A DNA stretch of 37,145 nt from a virus: UHGV virus genome UHGV-1356563; one strand, written 5' to 3'. Under the pieces are notes generated by a model. That model did not search any database. It was not told the origin of the DNA and worked only from the letters and a program-made list of their open reading frames with translations. Position 1 is the stretch's first letter. Every line of letters begins with the position of its first letter. This document shows, in pieces, positions 19,184 to 27,491 of the stretch. Made by a program: the position numbers and the translations under genes.

Positions 19184-19184
19184 G

Positions 19185-19571
19185 TTATTCCTCCTTGTAT
19201 GGTTCTGGAAGTGGCTTCCATGCTACAACATCATAATTGTTATAGCGCCCTTCTCCATAAAACATTTCATCATAGCTAAACCACTCATCTTGTTCGTTTA
19301 TTGATAACACAGTCGGAACTTCTGCCCCTTTTATCATTGCGATAAATTCTATCGGTTCTCCATTGTCGTGTTGTCTTGCTTCCGGCAATTTCTCGCTTAC
19401 TGGAATCCAACCGTCGTTATTATCCGGAACATCATCCATGTGCGAACGGATAATACCACTAATTTCGGTTGCCATACCTGTAGCACCTAATGCATACAAC
19501 ACCTTATGTCCAGTTACATACTCTTTTTCAACTTCGCTTATCTCTTCCAAGATCTTCTCTAGTACGTTCAT
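19185..19571 (-). CDS. DUF551-domain protein
   Basis: C-terminal motifs WIPVSEKLPE ... VVAWKPLPEPYK match the DUF551 signature (W..SE.LP ... AWMPLPEPY). Confidence 0.6.
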   Translation of the reverse strand: MNVLEKILEEISEVEKEYVTGHKVLYALGATGMATEISGIIRSHMDDVPDNNDGWIPVSEKLPEARQHDNGEPIEFIAMIKGAEVPTVLSINEQDEWFSYDEMFYGEGRYNNYDVVAWKPLPEPYKEE

Positions 19572-19684
19572 TTATTTCGTCTCCTGTTTTTCTTATCCAT
19601 AACACAATAACCTTTTTCGCAATAACATTCTGTTGATTTATAGTAGTTTTTATAATATTTGCATTTAATACACTCTTTTTTCAT
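19568..19684 (-). CDS. Small Cys-rich protein, 38 aa
   Basis: ATG at 19684 with GGAGG 8 nt upstream. The stop overlaps the DUF551 start (ATGA). It has six Cys (CIKC...CYCEKGYC). Confidence 0.3.
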   Translation of the reverse strand: MKKECIKCKYYKNYYKSTECYCEKGYCVMDKKNRRRNK

Positions 19685-19686
19685 TA

Positions 19687-19902
19687 CTACGCCTCCAACA
19701 ACTCTAGTTCCTCGATTTTATCCATTAAATCCATCTCAGGATAATTCTTTTTTGGATATCGTTGATATTTTGCACCTATGCAGCTTTGGGAATTTGCATA
19801 CAGTAGGTTATATTCTAATGCAAGCCTTAGCGGAATATCTTTGTGTTTTCCTGTTAATGTAATTTTGCTCTTATCGTCATACTCAATAAATATTTTCCAC
19901 AT
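19687..19902 (-). CDS. Hypothetical phage protein
   Basis: 71-aa ORF in the operon. Confidence 0.45.
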   Translation of the reverse strand: MWKIFIEYDDKSKITLTGKHKDIPLRLALEYNLLYANSQSCIGAKYQRYPKKNYPEMDLMDKIEELELLEA

Positions 19903-19904
19903 GG

Positions 19905-20063
19905 TTACCCCTCATCACTTTCAATTCTCTCTAACCTTTCGTATCCATTCCATCCATGTTCTGCTCCGCATTGTTTGAGACAATAATAATCTTCGCCGCA
20001 ACAATGATCGCATCTATTGCAATCTGGTTCTTCGTCATCTACTGTGTAAATTATTGTTTTCAT
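19905..20063 (-). CDS. Small Cys-rich protein, ~52 aa (CNRCDHCC...C...C)
   Basis: ATGATG start with GGAGGTGGA upstream, overlapping the upstream stop. Seven Cys. It is below the ORF-track cutoff. Confidence 0.3.
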   Translation of the reverse strand: MKTIIYTVDDEEPDCNRCDHCCGEDYYCLKQCGAEHGWNGYERLERIESDEG

Positions 20064-20251
20064 CATTCCACCTCCAAATCACCTTTTATTAATCTGTTAT
20101 ACGTCCAATCAAGCAGCATCAATAAATCATCTTTCGTAGTTCTGTCGTGTGTTTCAAGTGCTAATTCTTCCTTTACAATTCGCAACTTTTCTTTGTCGCT
20201 GCAATCGCAAAACTTTTGTCTGTTATACTTCAGCCTGTTATACTTCATCAC
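20063..20251 (-). CDS. Hypothetical phage protein
   Basis: 62-aa ORF, translationally coupled to its neighbours. Confidence 0.45.
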   Translation of the reverse strand: MMKYNRLKYNRQKFCDCSDKEKLRIVKEELALETHDRTTKDDLLMLLDWTYNRLIKGDLEVE

Positions 20252-20463
20252 TCTTCTCCCAACAACCGGACTCCCAAAATACTTTCCTGTGTCTCAACAT
20301 ATTCCTTCGCTTTTCTCAATACGTATTCTGGAATTTTTCTCTGCATTGCTCTCTTACCATTTAAAATATCACATACATCTAATATTGATCTTGCACCTGC
20401 ACGAAGAAGATAATTGTAAGTCATAGTGTCCATCCCTAAATATTCCATTTTTAGATCCATCAC
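20248..20463 (-). CDS. Helix-hairpin-helix DNA-binding protein resembling the RNA polymerase alpha-subunit C-terminal domain
   Basis: 71 aa. LGMDTMTYNYLLRAGARSILDVCDILNGKRAM resembles the RpoA-CTD HhH motif (LELSVRSANCLK...IGDL...NFGKKSL). Confidence 0.45.
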   Translation of the reverse strand: MMDLKMEYLGMDTMTYNYLLRAGARSILDVCDILNGKRAMQRKIPEYVLRKAKEYVETQESILGVRLLGEE

Positions 20464-21002
20464 TCCACCTCCAACAACTCTGGATTATCAAAGATATTTC
20501 CGATAACTTCCGCTCTATTTGGATTCCGATTATATTTAAAAACATCGTTATTAGTATATTTTTTATTTCCTCGTCCACATACTGCCCATGATCCCCTCCA
20601 TTCGCTCCAAAACACAGCACCTACACGATATTTTATCTCTTCGCCATCTTTTAAAAACGGACTTCCATCATAGTCATAGCTATATCTAAGAATATCATTC
20701 TCCCAAATCTTCCGACCACTCCAATCTTCAATTTTATTTTTTCTGTCTTCTCTATAATTCCAATCGGAAAGAAATGATTCTTTTTCTGCTTCGGTAAGAT
20801 CTCCCCATTTTGTATTGTCATGTAATCCTGTGAACTGGCAGACTGTATTACCGTCACATCTAAATAATTGGTCTTCGAAATTGCTTATCAGAACTATATC
20901 ATCATACCTCGTGTGCAACAAATCACCTTCCACCCACCACTGATCTTTTGGAAGATCTTCCCAATCTTTTCTCTTTGCTTTAAAAAGGATTTTTCTGTTC
21001 AT
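20460..21002 (-). CDS. yopX: YopX-family protein
   Basis: 180 aa from the ATG at 21002 with GGAGG upstream. Characteristic YopX motifs are present (WSGRKIWENDIL ... EVIGNIFDNPELL). Confidence 0.75.
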   Translation of the reverse strand: MNRKILFKAKRKDWEDLPKDQWWVEGDLLHTRYDDIVLISNFEDQLFRCDGNTVCQFTGLHDNTKWGDLTEAEKESFLSDWNYREDRKNKIEDWSGRKIWENDILRYSYDYDGSPFLKDGEEIKYRVGAVFWSEWRGSWAVCGRGNKKYTNNDVFKYNRNPNRAEVIGNIFDNPELLEVE

Positions 21003-21004
21003 AA

Positions 21005-21196
21005 TTAAACCTCCTCTGACTGTAACCACTGTTTTATACATTCCAAACAATCAGATTCTTCTTCACCTTTACACTCATAATTAATATTATAATTCAAATC
21101 GAATCCCGCTGGACATATGAGCACTGTCGCGAGTTCTTCATCTGTCATACTCCTTATTTTTCCTGAATTTGTCATTCTTCCACCATATCCTCCCAT
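21005..21196 (-). CDS. Hypothetical small Cys-containing protein
   Basis: 63-aa ORF ending 2 nt before the YopX start. Confidence 0.4.
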   Translation of the reverse strand: MGGYGGRMTNSGKIRSMTDEELATVLICPAGFDLNYNINYECKGEEESDCLECIKQWLQSEEV

Positions 21197-21373
21197 ATTT
21201 CCAAGTCTCTTCTACTCATTTTTCTTTCTCCGTTCTGTCGCTTCTGTTTAATGTAAATATTTGTGGCACACCTTACAATTTCCGGTTTCATTCCATCGTA
21301 ATCAGTTCCATTGTAAAAGTCTTATCACACGATCTTTTAATCATGTACAGGATATCTTCGAATGTTTGTTCTT

Positions 21374-21565
21374 TCATTCTCTCACTCTCCTATTCCATGC
21401 TCTGATTGCCATTTTTTCAGTGGTAAAATTACTTGTCTCAATAGGCGCTATTGTCATCTCACAATCATGGTGCACAAAATATCCTTCGTAATTATTATCC
21501 AAACAAGTTGTTTTAATAAGACTTGCTTCTCCACCACAAAACGGGCATTTCTTTAATTCTTCCAT
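21374..21565 (-). CDS. lar: Lar-family restriction-alleviation protein
   Basis: 63 aa. The CPFCGG...AWNRR pattern is typical of the Lar family. Confidence 0.65.
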   Translation of the reverse strand: MEELKKCPFCGGEASLIKTTCLDNNYEGYFVHHDCEMTIAPIETSNFTTEKMAIRAWNRRVRE

Positions 21566-21766
21566 TTATATTCTCTCCTTGTTTTCAAGTTTCTTTCCAC
21601 AATAAGGGCAGTAATTATAATTACTTTCGTAGCCATCTATTAAATCATTAAACACTGTTAAATAACTTGATGAATGCCTTTTTCCGTTCAAAATATCGCA
21701 ATAAATATAAACTGTTCCATGATTGTTTTTATACTTCCAGCACATTCCATTCCTTTCCTGAGTCAA
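21566..21766 (-). CDS. Hypothetical zinc-ribbon protein
   Basis: 66-aa ORF with C-terminal CPYCGKKL. Confidence 0.45.
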   Translation of the reverse strand: MTQERNGMCWKYKNNHGTVYIYCDILNGKRHSSSYLTVFNDLIDGYESNYNYCPYCGKKLENKERI

Positions 21767-21822
21767 TACAAGTTCTAAAGAGAGTTCTCAGGAAACTCAA
21801 CTCAATTTGTTTTGACTCGACT

Positions 21823-21872
21823 CTAACGCACTTTTAACACGTTCTAACGCTTCCTAACACGTTTTAATGCGC
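21823..21872. repeat. Five phased TAAC(G/A)CG-type direct repeats (~10.5-bp period)
   Basis: CTAACGC at 21823, TAACACG at 21835, CTAACGC at 21844, TAACACG at 21855, TAATGCG at 21865. They lie in the intergenic region immediately after the stop of the 21864..22193 gene. Confidence 0.4.
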
Positions 21873-22193
21873 TTCCGACCAATCAAGCATCTGTGTGCAA
21901 TGATTGCAACTTTTATTTCTGTAAGAGTCAACAACGTTTCCGCAACTAGGGCAAAACCCTTTGTAACATATCAATTCATCGTTTAAGTCTCTGTATTCTG
22001 TTCGCATCTTCACTTTCTTCGGCAACTGCTTTTTCAGTGCTTCGATTGCAGTTTCGTAAACAGTAATATCTTCTTCTAATTGAATATTGTCTTGTTTTGG
22101 ATAAAATTTTTTGTTGAGTTTTATATTTTCTCTTTTCGCATTAATCCCAACTTGAAGCCTTCCTATCGCTTCTCTAACTTTCTTCTCATCCAT
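21864..22193 (-). CDS. Hypothetical protein with C-terminal zinc ribbon (CPSC...CNHC)
   Basis: 109-aa ORF with GGGAGGAAA RBS. Confidence 0.5.
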   Translation of the reverse strand: MDEKKVREAIGRLQVGINAKRENIKLNKKFYPKQDNIQLEEDITVYETAIEALKKQLPKKVKMRTEYRDLNDELICYKGFCPSCGNVVDSYRNKSCNHCTQMLDWSEAH

Positions 22194-22207
22194 CTAATTT
22201 CCTCCCG

Positions 22208-22366
22208 TTATTTCCAACCATAAACCACTCTCTCCATCTTTTCATACAGGAAATCCGTCTCTATCCCACAGACCGCCAATTCATTCATTGTCCTCACACA
22301 ATCCTCTGCATCAGCGCATTTGATCGTGTCGCCTTTTCGCAAGCGTGTTTCTTTCACTTTTGGCAT
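22208..22366 (-). CDS. Small hypothetical protein, 52 aa
   Basis: The ATG overlaps the upstream stop (TAATG). GGAGG lies 8 nt upstream. Below the ORF-track cutoff. Confidence 0.3.
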   Translation of the reverse strand: MPKVKETRLRKGDTIKCADAEDCVRTMNELAVCGIETDFLYEKMERVVYGWK

Positions 22367-22749
22367 TAGTCATTCCTCCGTATCGTCATCTCAATTCCAA
22401 TCTCATCTTTAATCATCTTTGTGTATTCGTCCCACGTTGCCATATCGTCCACCAGACACTCTGCTTTCAGGTTCATTCGGTCGATAAATCTCTTGCACCG
22501 TTTCCCAGCAAAACCGAACTCATCATGCAGCGTTGCGACTGCGATCACCATCATTGTGTCCAGTGTCATGTTTTTGATCTTCTCACAGGCCACATTTAAC
22601 TCTTTTCTGGTCAGCGCCGTGTTAACTCCCGTGATATTCCGGAACTGGATTTCTTTTTCCAGTCCCTCAATACCGTCTTTTTTTACAATCTCCCTTGCCA
22701 GAATCAATCCCTGTGATCTACCGGCTGTATAATCATCAACTTTTCCCAT
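22366..22749 (-). CDS. Hypothetical phage protein
   Basis: 127-aa ORF in the operon. Confidence 0.5.
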   Translation of the reverse strand: MGKVDDYTAGRSQGLILAREIVKKDGIEGLEKEIQFRNITGVNTALTRKELNVACEKIKNMTLDTMMVIAVATLHDEFGFAGKRCKRFIDRMNLKAECLVDDMATWDEYTKMIKDEIGIEMTIRRND

Positions 22750-22999
22750 TTTTTCTCCTTAACTGCTTGCAAAGCTCTTCCCACTCAACTTCTTTGCTCC
22801 GCGTCCATCTTTTCGCTGCTCTTCTTTTCCGGATCCCGTTTTCATCCATGTACCGGATAAGAGTTTCTGTCGGGAATTCCGCTTTCTGGATATCATGTAA
22901 GACTTTATGGATATGCTCATCCGAGCATCCGAGTTTCGCCATTTCTTCGATCTGGAACCGATACGGATCCAGAAAGTGTGCTGGCCTACGCATTTTCAA
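22736..22999 (-). CDS. Hypothetical basic protein
   Basis: 87-aa ORF with a short overlap with its neighbours. Confidence 0.45.
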   Translation of the reverse strand: MKMRRPAHFLDPYRFQIEEMAKLGCSDEHIHKVLHDIQKAEFPTETLIRYMDENGIRKRRAAKRWTRSKEVEWEELCKQLRRKNGKS

Positions 23000-23177
23000 C
23001 CTCTCTTTCCAGCCACTCTTTTTGGCTCTCGTACAAATTCAGGTATTTATCACGGTTTTCTTCGTACAGATCGTCTTCCAAATCCTCATCTATTCTTGTA
23101 AGTATCATCTTCACTGCGGAGATTTCTGGCGTATCCGTTTCTCCCGTTATGTTGTTCAAATGATCATTATTCGTCAT
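22986..23177 (-). CDS. Hypothetical acidic protein
   Basis: 63-aa ORF with GGGTGAGAGG RBS. Confidence 0.4.
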   Translation of the reverse strand: MTNNDHLNNITGETDTPEISAVKMILTRIDEDLEDDLYEENRDKYLNLYESQKEWLEREVENA

Positions 23178-23304
23178 TTTCCTCTCACCCTTTTCTTCCT
23201 CTTCCGCTTTGTACTGCCTTACATAAACGCTGCCATATTGCCCGGTTTGAATCCTGCAGACTGTTTTCTATGGCTGCTAAAGCTGTATTTTCCTCTGTCC
23301 ATGC

Positions 23305-23883
23305 TTACTCCCTTTCTAAACTCCACCATGCTTTTGTGTTCTTTCCGTACCCTGTAGTCTGGATTCTTACTCCAAGTTCTGCTTTCGCTTTCATGATGTC
23401 CGACCTTTTAATTCCTGCCGCTTCTGATTCCATGAGCAGCTTCGCCCCGTCATAGCGTCCACCTTCCATCTTGTCTTGCAGCCACTCTAATGCTTTGTCG
23501 TAGTCGGTCTTTGACATCATATTGACCTTGTCCTTGATCTTTTCCAGTTGGACGGTATTGGTGTTCATTTTATTCCAGATCTTCTCAAAATTCTCCTGCA
23601 TGATTCTGCGATTATCTAAAATCTCATCCCGGATGACTGTAAGCGCCTGTGCTGCGGTCATTCCTTTCTTCTCCGGTTCTTTTACCAGACTTCCCGGCTC
23701 AAGCCCGAGTAGCAAACACATGATCCGTTCCACCGCTTCTGGTTGATCTGGATTATTGGCTATGTAATTCACAAAACTTTCGCTTCTCCCCATTTCTAGG
23801 GAGAATCCCTTTTTCGTCTTGCCCTGCTTCTCCAATTGCTTGCAGAGCAGAGCGTAATTTATCGTTACTTTCTTCGGTTCCAT
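23305..23883 (-). CDS. Putative HTH DNA-binding phage protein
   Basis: 192 aa. The N-terminal region has a helix-turn-helix-like segment (FSLEMGRSESFVNYI). Confidence 0.5.
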   Translation of the reverse strand: MEPKKVTINYALLCKQLEKQGKTKKGFSLEMGRSESFVNYIANNPDQPEAVERIMCLLLGLEPGSLVKEPEKKGMTAAQALTVIRDEILDNRRIMQENFEKIWNKMNTNTVQLEKIKDKVNMMSKTDYDKALEWLQDKMEGGRYDGAKLLMESEAAGIKRSDIMKAKAELGVRIQTTGYGKNTKAWWSLERE

Positions 23884-23891
23884 AATTCCTC

Positions 23892-24623
23892 CTAACTAAA
23901 GCTTGCTTCCGGCTCTTCCTGTGGACATATTTCTCCATCTGCTTCCATTTCGTTTATGATGATTTTCGTTCCCGCTCTTTGCAATCTCATTAACAACATG
24001 TCAAATTCCCCGAGATATCGAAGAGACTGGATATTCACACATCCTAAATTATCAAGTGTATGCTCTTTTTCAAAATCCCATTTTGATATCGGAATCTCGA
24101 TGTTTAATTCTTCATCATGATCGTTTTCGAAAACAATCACCGCCCTATGCACAGAACTCCAAACAGGTCTTTCACTCTCTTCTATTCGCATCTCGCATCC
24201 GACCGATTCGTAGTATGGTCCATCGTCAAACTCCACTTCCAGGCCAGTTGTACTGATCTTCTTCTCGCACATTTTAATCCATGCTTCAAACAGATCCGTG
24301 ACTTTAATCTCTTTTTCTTCCTGCTTGATTGATAAATCCTTAAAATTCTCCAGAATCTTTTTATTCTCAATGCAAGCATCAGAATTTACAATTTCAGTAA
24401 GCACCGTATCCAACTTTGGAAGGTATTCCGAAAAATCATACTTCTCTATGTACGGCACCATGACTTCTTCTATTTTTTTCTTCAGTGCACTTTCTACTTT
24501 TCCCCATCTAAACGTTTTTTCTATTGCCGATTCTATTGATTCCTTGAATTTATTTCTGAGGATTTCCTTTACTTCTTCCTCGGAAAGGCACTCCTGTGCC
24601 ATTTTTAATAATTCTTCTTTCAT
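23892..24623 (-). CDS. Hypothetical phage protein
   Basis: 243-aa acidic ORF. No motif recognised. Confidence 0.55.
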   Translation of the reverse strand: MKEELLKMAQECLSEEEVKEILRNKFKESIESAIEKTFRWGKVESALKKKIEEVMVPYIEKYDFSEYLPKLDTVLTEIVNSDACIENKKILENFKDLSIKQEEKEIKVTDLFEAWIKMCEKKISTTGLEVEFDDGPYYESVGCEMRIEESERPVWSSVHRAVIVFENDHDEELNIEIPISKWDFEKEHTLDNLGCVNIQSLRYLGEFDMLLMRLQRAGTKIIINEMEADGEICPQEEPEASFS

Positions 24624-24634
24624 TTTGCTCCTCC

Positions 24635-25507
24635 TTAATTCGAATTCAACAGCTGTTCTTCCAGAGAGTCCATGTCGTATCCTCTGCGTTCGAAGTTGTT
24701 TAAGTTTCTGCTTACTGGCGGTTTTGCTGGCACTTTTTCCGTCTGCTCTTGGTTAAGATAAACATCGAAATTACTGCCGAACAGGGTTTTTGGTCTTAGA
24801 TATATCCTCATATCCTTAATGCCGCGCTGTAATTCCTCTTTTGTCGGCTTTCTGCCCCACTCATTGTATTTTTTATCAATCACCGTCTTAAAATCATCCA
24901 GAGTGTATCCTTCATTGAATCTGGCTTTTATTTCCTTTTGGTTACTCTTAACATCCCATCTTAGTTTCTTGCCTGTCTTTTCATTCAGGTAAGAAATGAT
25001 CTCTTTGTACGGGACATATATATTATTATCTTTTTCTTTATCTTCTTCTTTATCTATATCTGAAACAGCGACGTAAGACGTTCTTTCAGACGACTTGTCA
25101 GACGATTTTTCAATCAAAGCTCTCTGTTTGGCTCTTCTTTCCTCTTGGTACAGCCTGTCACGCTCCTTTTTTCGTTCATAAGCATCCAATGTCTGGTGCT
25201 TGTTCCAGTTCGGGATCGTGATTATTCCCTCCACTATCTCAATCATTTTGAATTGCTCAAACGCATTCAAAGCCAACTTTACAGTAGATTCATTCATTCT
25301 AAAGATTGTAGCCAGCATCTTGTCTGTGTAGGGAATCTTGTCATTCATCAGGAATACGCCACCGTTATTTTTCTTCCCGGCAAGACATAACAACTTGAAC
25401 CAGACTGTTATAATTGCATAAGCATCTGGCAAACCCTCTATCAGCAATATCTTTTCATCATCAAAGATATCCGTTGCTATCTTGATCCACTTTACTTCTG
25501 CCATCAC
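24635..25507 (-). CDS. Replisome organizer (DnaD-like phage replication protein)
   Basis: N-terminus MAEVKWIKIATDIFDDEKILLIEGLPDAYAIITVWFKLLCLAGK matches the phage replisome-organiser N-terminal signature. The C-terminal region (YLNEKTGKKLRWD...YLRPKTLFGSNFDVYLNQ) matches the conserved phage C-terminal domain. Confidence 0.75.
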   Translation of the reverse strand: MMAEVKWIKIATDIFDDEKILLIEGLPDAYAIITVWFKLLCLAGKKNNGGVFLMNDKIPYTDKMLATIFRMNESTVKLALNAFEQFKMIEIVEGIITIPNWNKHQTLDAYERKKERDRLYQEERRAKQRALIEKSSDKSSERTSYVAVSDIDKEEDKEKDNNIYVPYKEIISYLNEKTGKKLRWDVKSNQKEIKARFNEGYTLDDFKTVIDKKYNEWGRKPTKEELQRGIKDMRIYLRPKTLFGSNFDVYLNQEQTEKVPAKPPVSRNLNNFERRGYDMDSLEEQLLNSN

Positions 25508-25914
25508 TCATCCTCCGCAATATAGACAACCACGCAAGGCTCATCCGAGTATGCTTTTTCGATTTCCAGACTTGTCACCTGCTTATCATCCGTATATGCG
25601 ACTCCATTCAGTCCATCCAAAATTATTTTTGCGATATTATCTAAGTCCGGCTTTTTATTCGGCTTTATTTCGCCCTTTAAAGCTTTCTCCTTATTCTTCT
25701 TAGACCAACTCTCTGGAATCGGAAATTTCGCTAAAATTCGAACTCTCAGAGGGATGTCCGTGTAAAGCACGCCTATACTCTGCTTGTAAATCCTTGCAAC
25801 TTCCTTTTCGTATTTTTTGCTTTCGCCTGGTGTATATGTAATTACCTTAAATCCTGCTCTGCGGAATTTTGGTCTTGCTTTTCCAACCGGCTTTCCCGGA
25901 ATTGTAATTATCAT
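25504..25914 (-). CDS. rusA: RusA-family Holliday junction resolvase
   Basis: 136 aa. MIITIPGKPVGKARPKF ... KKPDLDNIAKIILDGLNGVAYTDDKQV matches the RusA catalytic motifs. Confidence 0.75.
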   Translation of the reverse strand: MIITIPGKPVGKARPKFRRAGFKVITYTPGESKKYEKEVARIYKQSIGVLYTDIPLRVRILAKFPIPESWSKKNKEKALKGEIKPNKKPDLDNIAKIILDGLNGVAYTDDKQVTSLEIEKAYSDEPCVVVYIAEDE

Positions 25915-26014
25915 TCGTTCTCCTTTCCGCTCCCGGAGTTACCGGGAGACAATGAATCTGGCTTACTTAAGGTATTTGTGACGTACTACACAGCAGCCAT
26001 GAACGGGTTACAAT

Positions 26015-26434
26015 TTATAACAAGGCTCTCTGCCTCATTACCTCTTCAATCCGGACAATGATTGACGGGATTCCACTTGTATACTCAAACTCATGCGTTG
26101 TATTCACGACATGAGCCGGATCATCATTAACAATCACATCGCATTTCTGCAATGCGTCCTCAATCACCTTGTCCGCAAAACTAAAAACATTCATTCTATC
26201 CCGTTTATTGCCTTTTTTCGGCTCTTTAAACATATAGTGCAGAATGATAGGCTTATCTGTTTTAAAACGCTTTAAACCAAGTCTGACGGCGTTACAGGCT
26301 ATCATCTGATACTGTTGCTTCATTCGATTTCCTGCTTTCGGGTTCTTCCCGATCTCATGTATGTAATCATTCAGACCCGGGAAACAATGTCCTTTGTAAA
26401 ATTTCCCTCTGATTTCAAAAATATGATTGTCCAT
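26015..26434 (-). CDS. Hypothetical protein, possibly divergent RusA-like nuclease
   Basis: 139 aa from the ATG at 26434 (RBS GAGAGGAA). The ORF-track start at 26473 overlaps the HNH gene by 59 nt. It has weak D..D/DK acidic motifs (RDRMNVFSFADKVIEDAL). Confidence 0.4.
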   Translation of the reverse strand: MDNHIFEIRGKFYKGHCFPGLNDYIHEIGKNPKAGNRMKQQYQMIACNAVRLGLKRFKTDKPIILHYMFKEPKKGNKRDRMNVFSFADKVIEDALQKCDVIVNDDPAHVVNTTHEFEYTSGIPSIIVRIEEVMRQRALL

Positions 26435-26693
26435 ATCGTTCCCTAAATTCCTCTCGTGTATGGTTCTGCTCATAGATTGCCTGCCCTACCATCTTCGACA
26501 GTGCCATGCTTACACCATCTCCATGTATCCTTTTGTGGCAATCACTACATACAGGCAGGAGCAGCTTGTCCTCCGTTCCTTTTTGCCTTCTTCCTTTTCC
26601 ACAGATCAGGTGATGCCCCTCGATGTTGTATGGTTTCCCGCATATCAAGCAAAACTCAACGTATTCCGTAACCACAGTGTCTGACTTTTTCAT
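26415..26693 (-). CDS. HNH-type endonuclease-like zinc-finger protein
   Basis: 92 aa. CxxC ... HH ... C..CH..IH spacing is typical of HNH nucleases. Confidence 0.55.
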   Translation of the reverse strand: MKKSDTVVTEYVEFCLICGKPYNIEGHHLICGKGRRQKGTEDKLLLPVCSDCHKRIHGDGVSMALSKMVGQAIYEQNHTREEFRERYGQSYF

Positions 26694-27491
26694 CTATACC
26701 TCTCCTATCAAATTATCTGGCCAGATTGGTGCTTTTAGTATTTTGGTGTGCTTACACCAGTCGCAAACTTCACAACGGATTGGATCGATTTCTCCATTTT
26801 TCAGAGAGAGAATCTTTGACACATTCATCTCCATTCCAGACAAGCAATCATTCATCCATTCCTGCGGGATCTGGATAATCTCGATATCTGGCACTTTCTC
26901 CTTGCTAGCTGCTGCGATATAAAACGGCAACCACTCCCCCGTATTGATCCTCACTACCTCTTGGTATACGGCAGCTTGTATGTCATAGCCCCAAAACCTC
27001 ACAAAGTCCATCAGTCCCATGTCTTTCGCATAATGCGCTTCTCTCAGGGATTTCATTACTTTCAAATCAACGATGCATTTACCGGGCAAATAGCTGTCAA
27101 GCTTCACTTTCCATTTCGCTCCAAACAGATCAGCTGTAAAGATTTTCTGTTTTTCTCCACTCATAAACATCATAAATAAAGGGTCTCTTTCGATTCGGTT
27201 TATGATTTCTTCTGCTTTTCGGTACTCTGCCTTTAACTCTCCTTTTTTTGTAAATATCTCAGGATTCTGAGCCTTAAACAAATCAAGTGTCCCCTCAAAA
27301 TGAGAATCCACATAAGAACCAACCAGAAGTGCTGTTGTTTTCTCCATTTCCCAGTCACCATTCAGCTTTGCAAGTGCCTGTTCCTCGCATCCAACACGCC
27401 CAATCGTTCCGCAAAAATCCTTATACTGCGAGACACTGAGATACTCCTGATTCGCTTCTTTGCTGTAATAATTTTCCTGTGTTAAAATCAT
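26694..27491 (-). CDS. PD-(D/E)XK nuclease with C-terminal Cys cluster (Cas4/YqaJ-like phage exonuclease)
   Basis: 265 aa. It has a D-x-K and QAAVYQE-type RecB-nuclease motif and four C-terminal Cys (C...CEVCDWC). It lies immediately downstream of the RecT-like gene. Confidence 0.6.
   Translation of the reverse strand: MILTQENYYSKEANQEYLSVSQYKDFCGTIGRVGCEEQALAKLNGDWEMEKTTALLVGSYVDSHFEGTLDLFKAQNPEIFTKKGELKAEYRKAEEIINRIERDPLFMMFMSGEKQKIFTADLFGAKWKVKLDSYLPGKCIVDLKVMKSLREAHYAKDMGLMDFVRFWGYDIQAAVYQEVVRINTGEWLPFYIAAASKEKVPDIEIIQIPQEWMNDCLSGMEMNVSKILSLKNGEIDPIRCEVCDWCKHTKILKAPIWPDNLIGEV

Noticed and set aside
21823-21872. CRISPR array
   Set aside because: The repeats are only 7-9 nt with ~3-nt spacers. 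No cas genes are present. This is not a CRISPR array.
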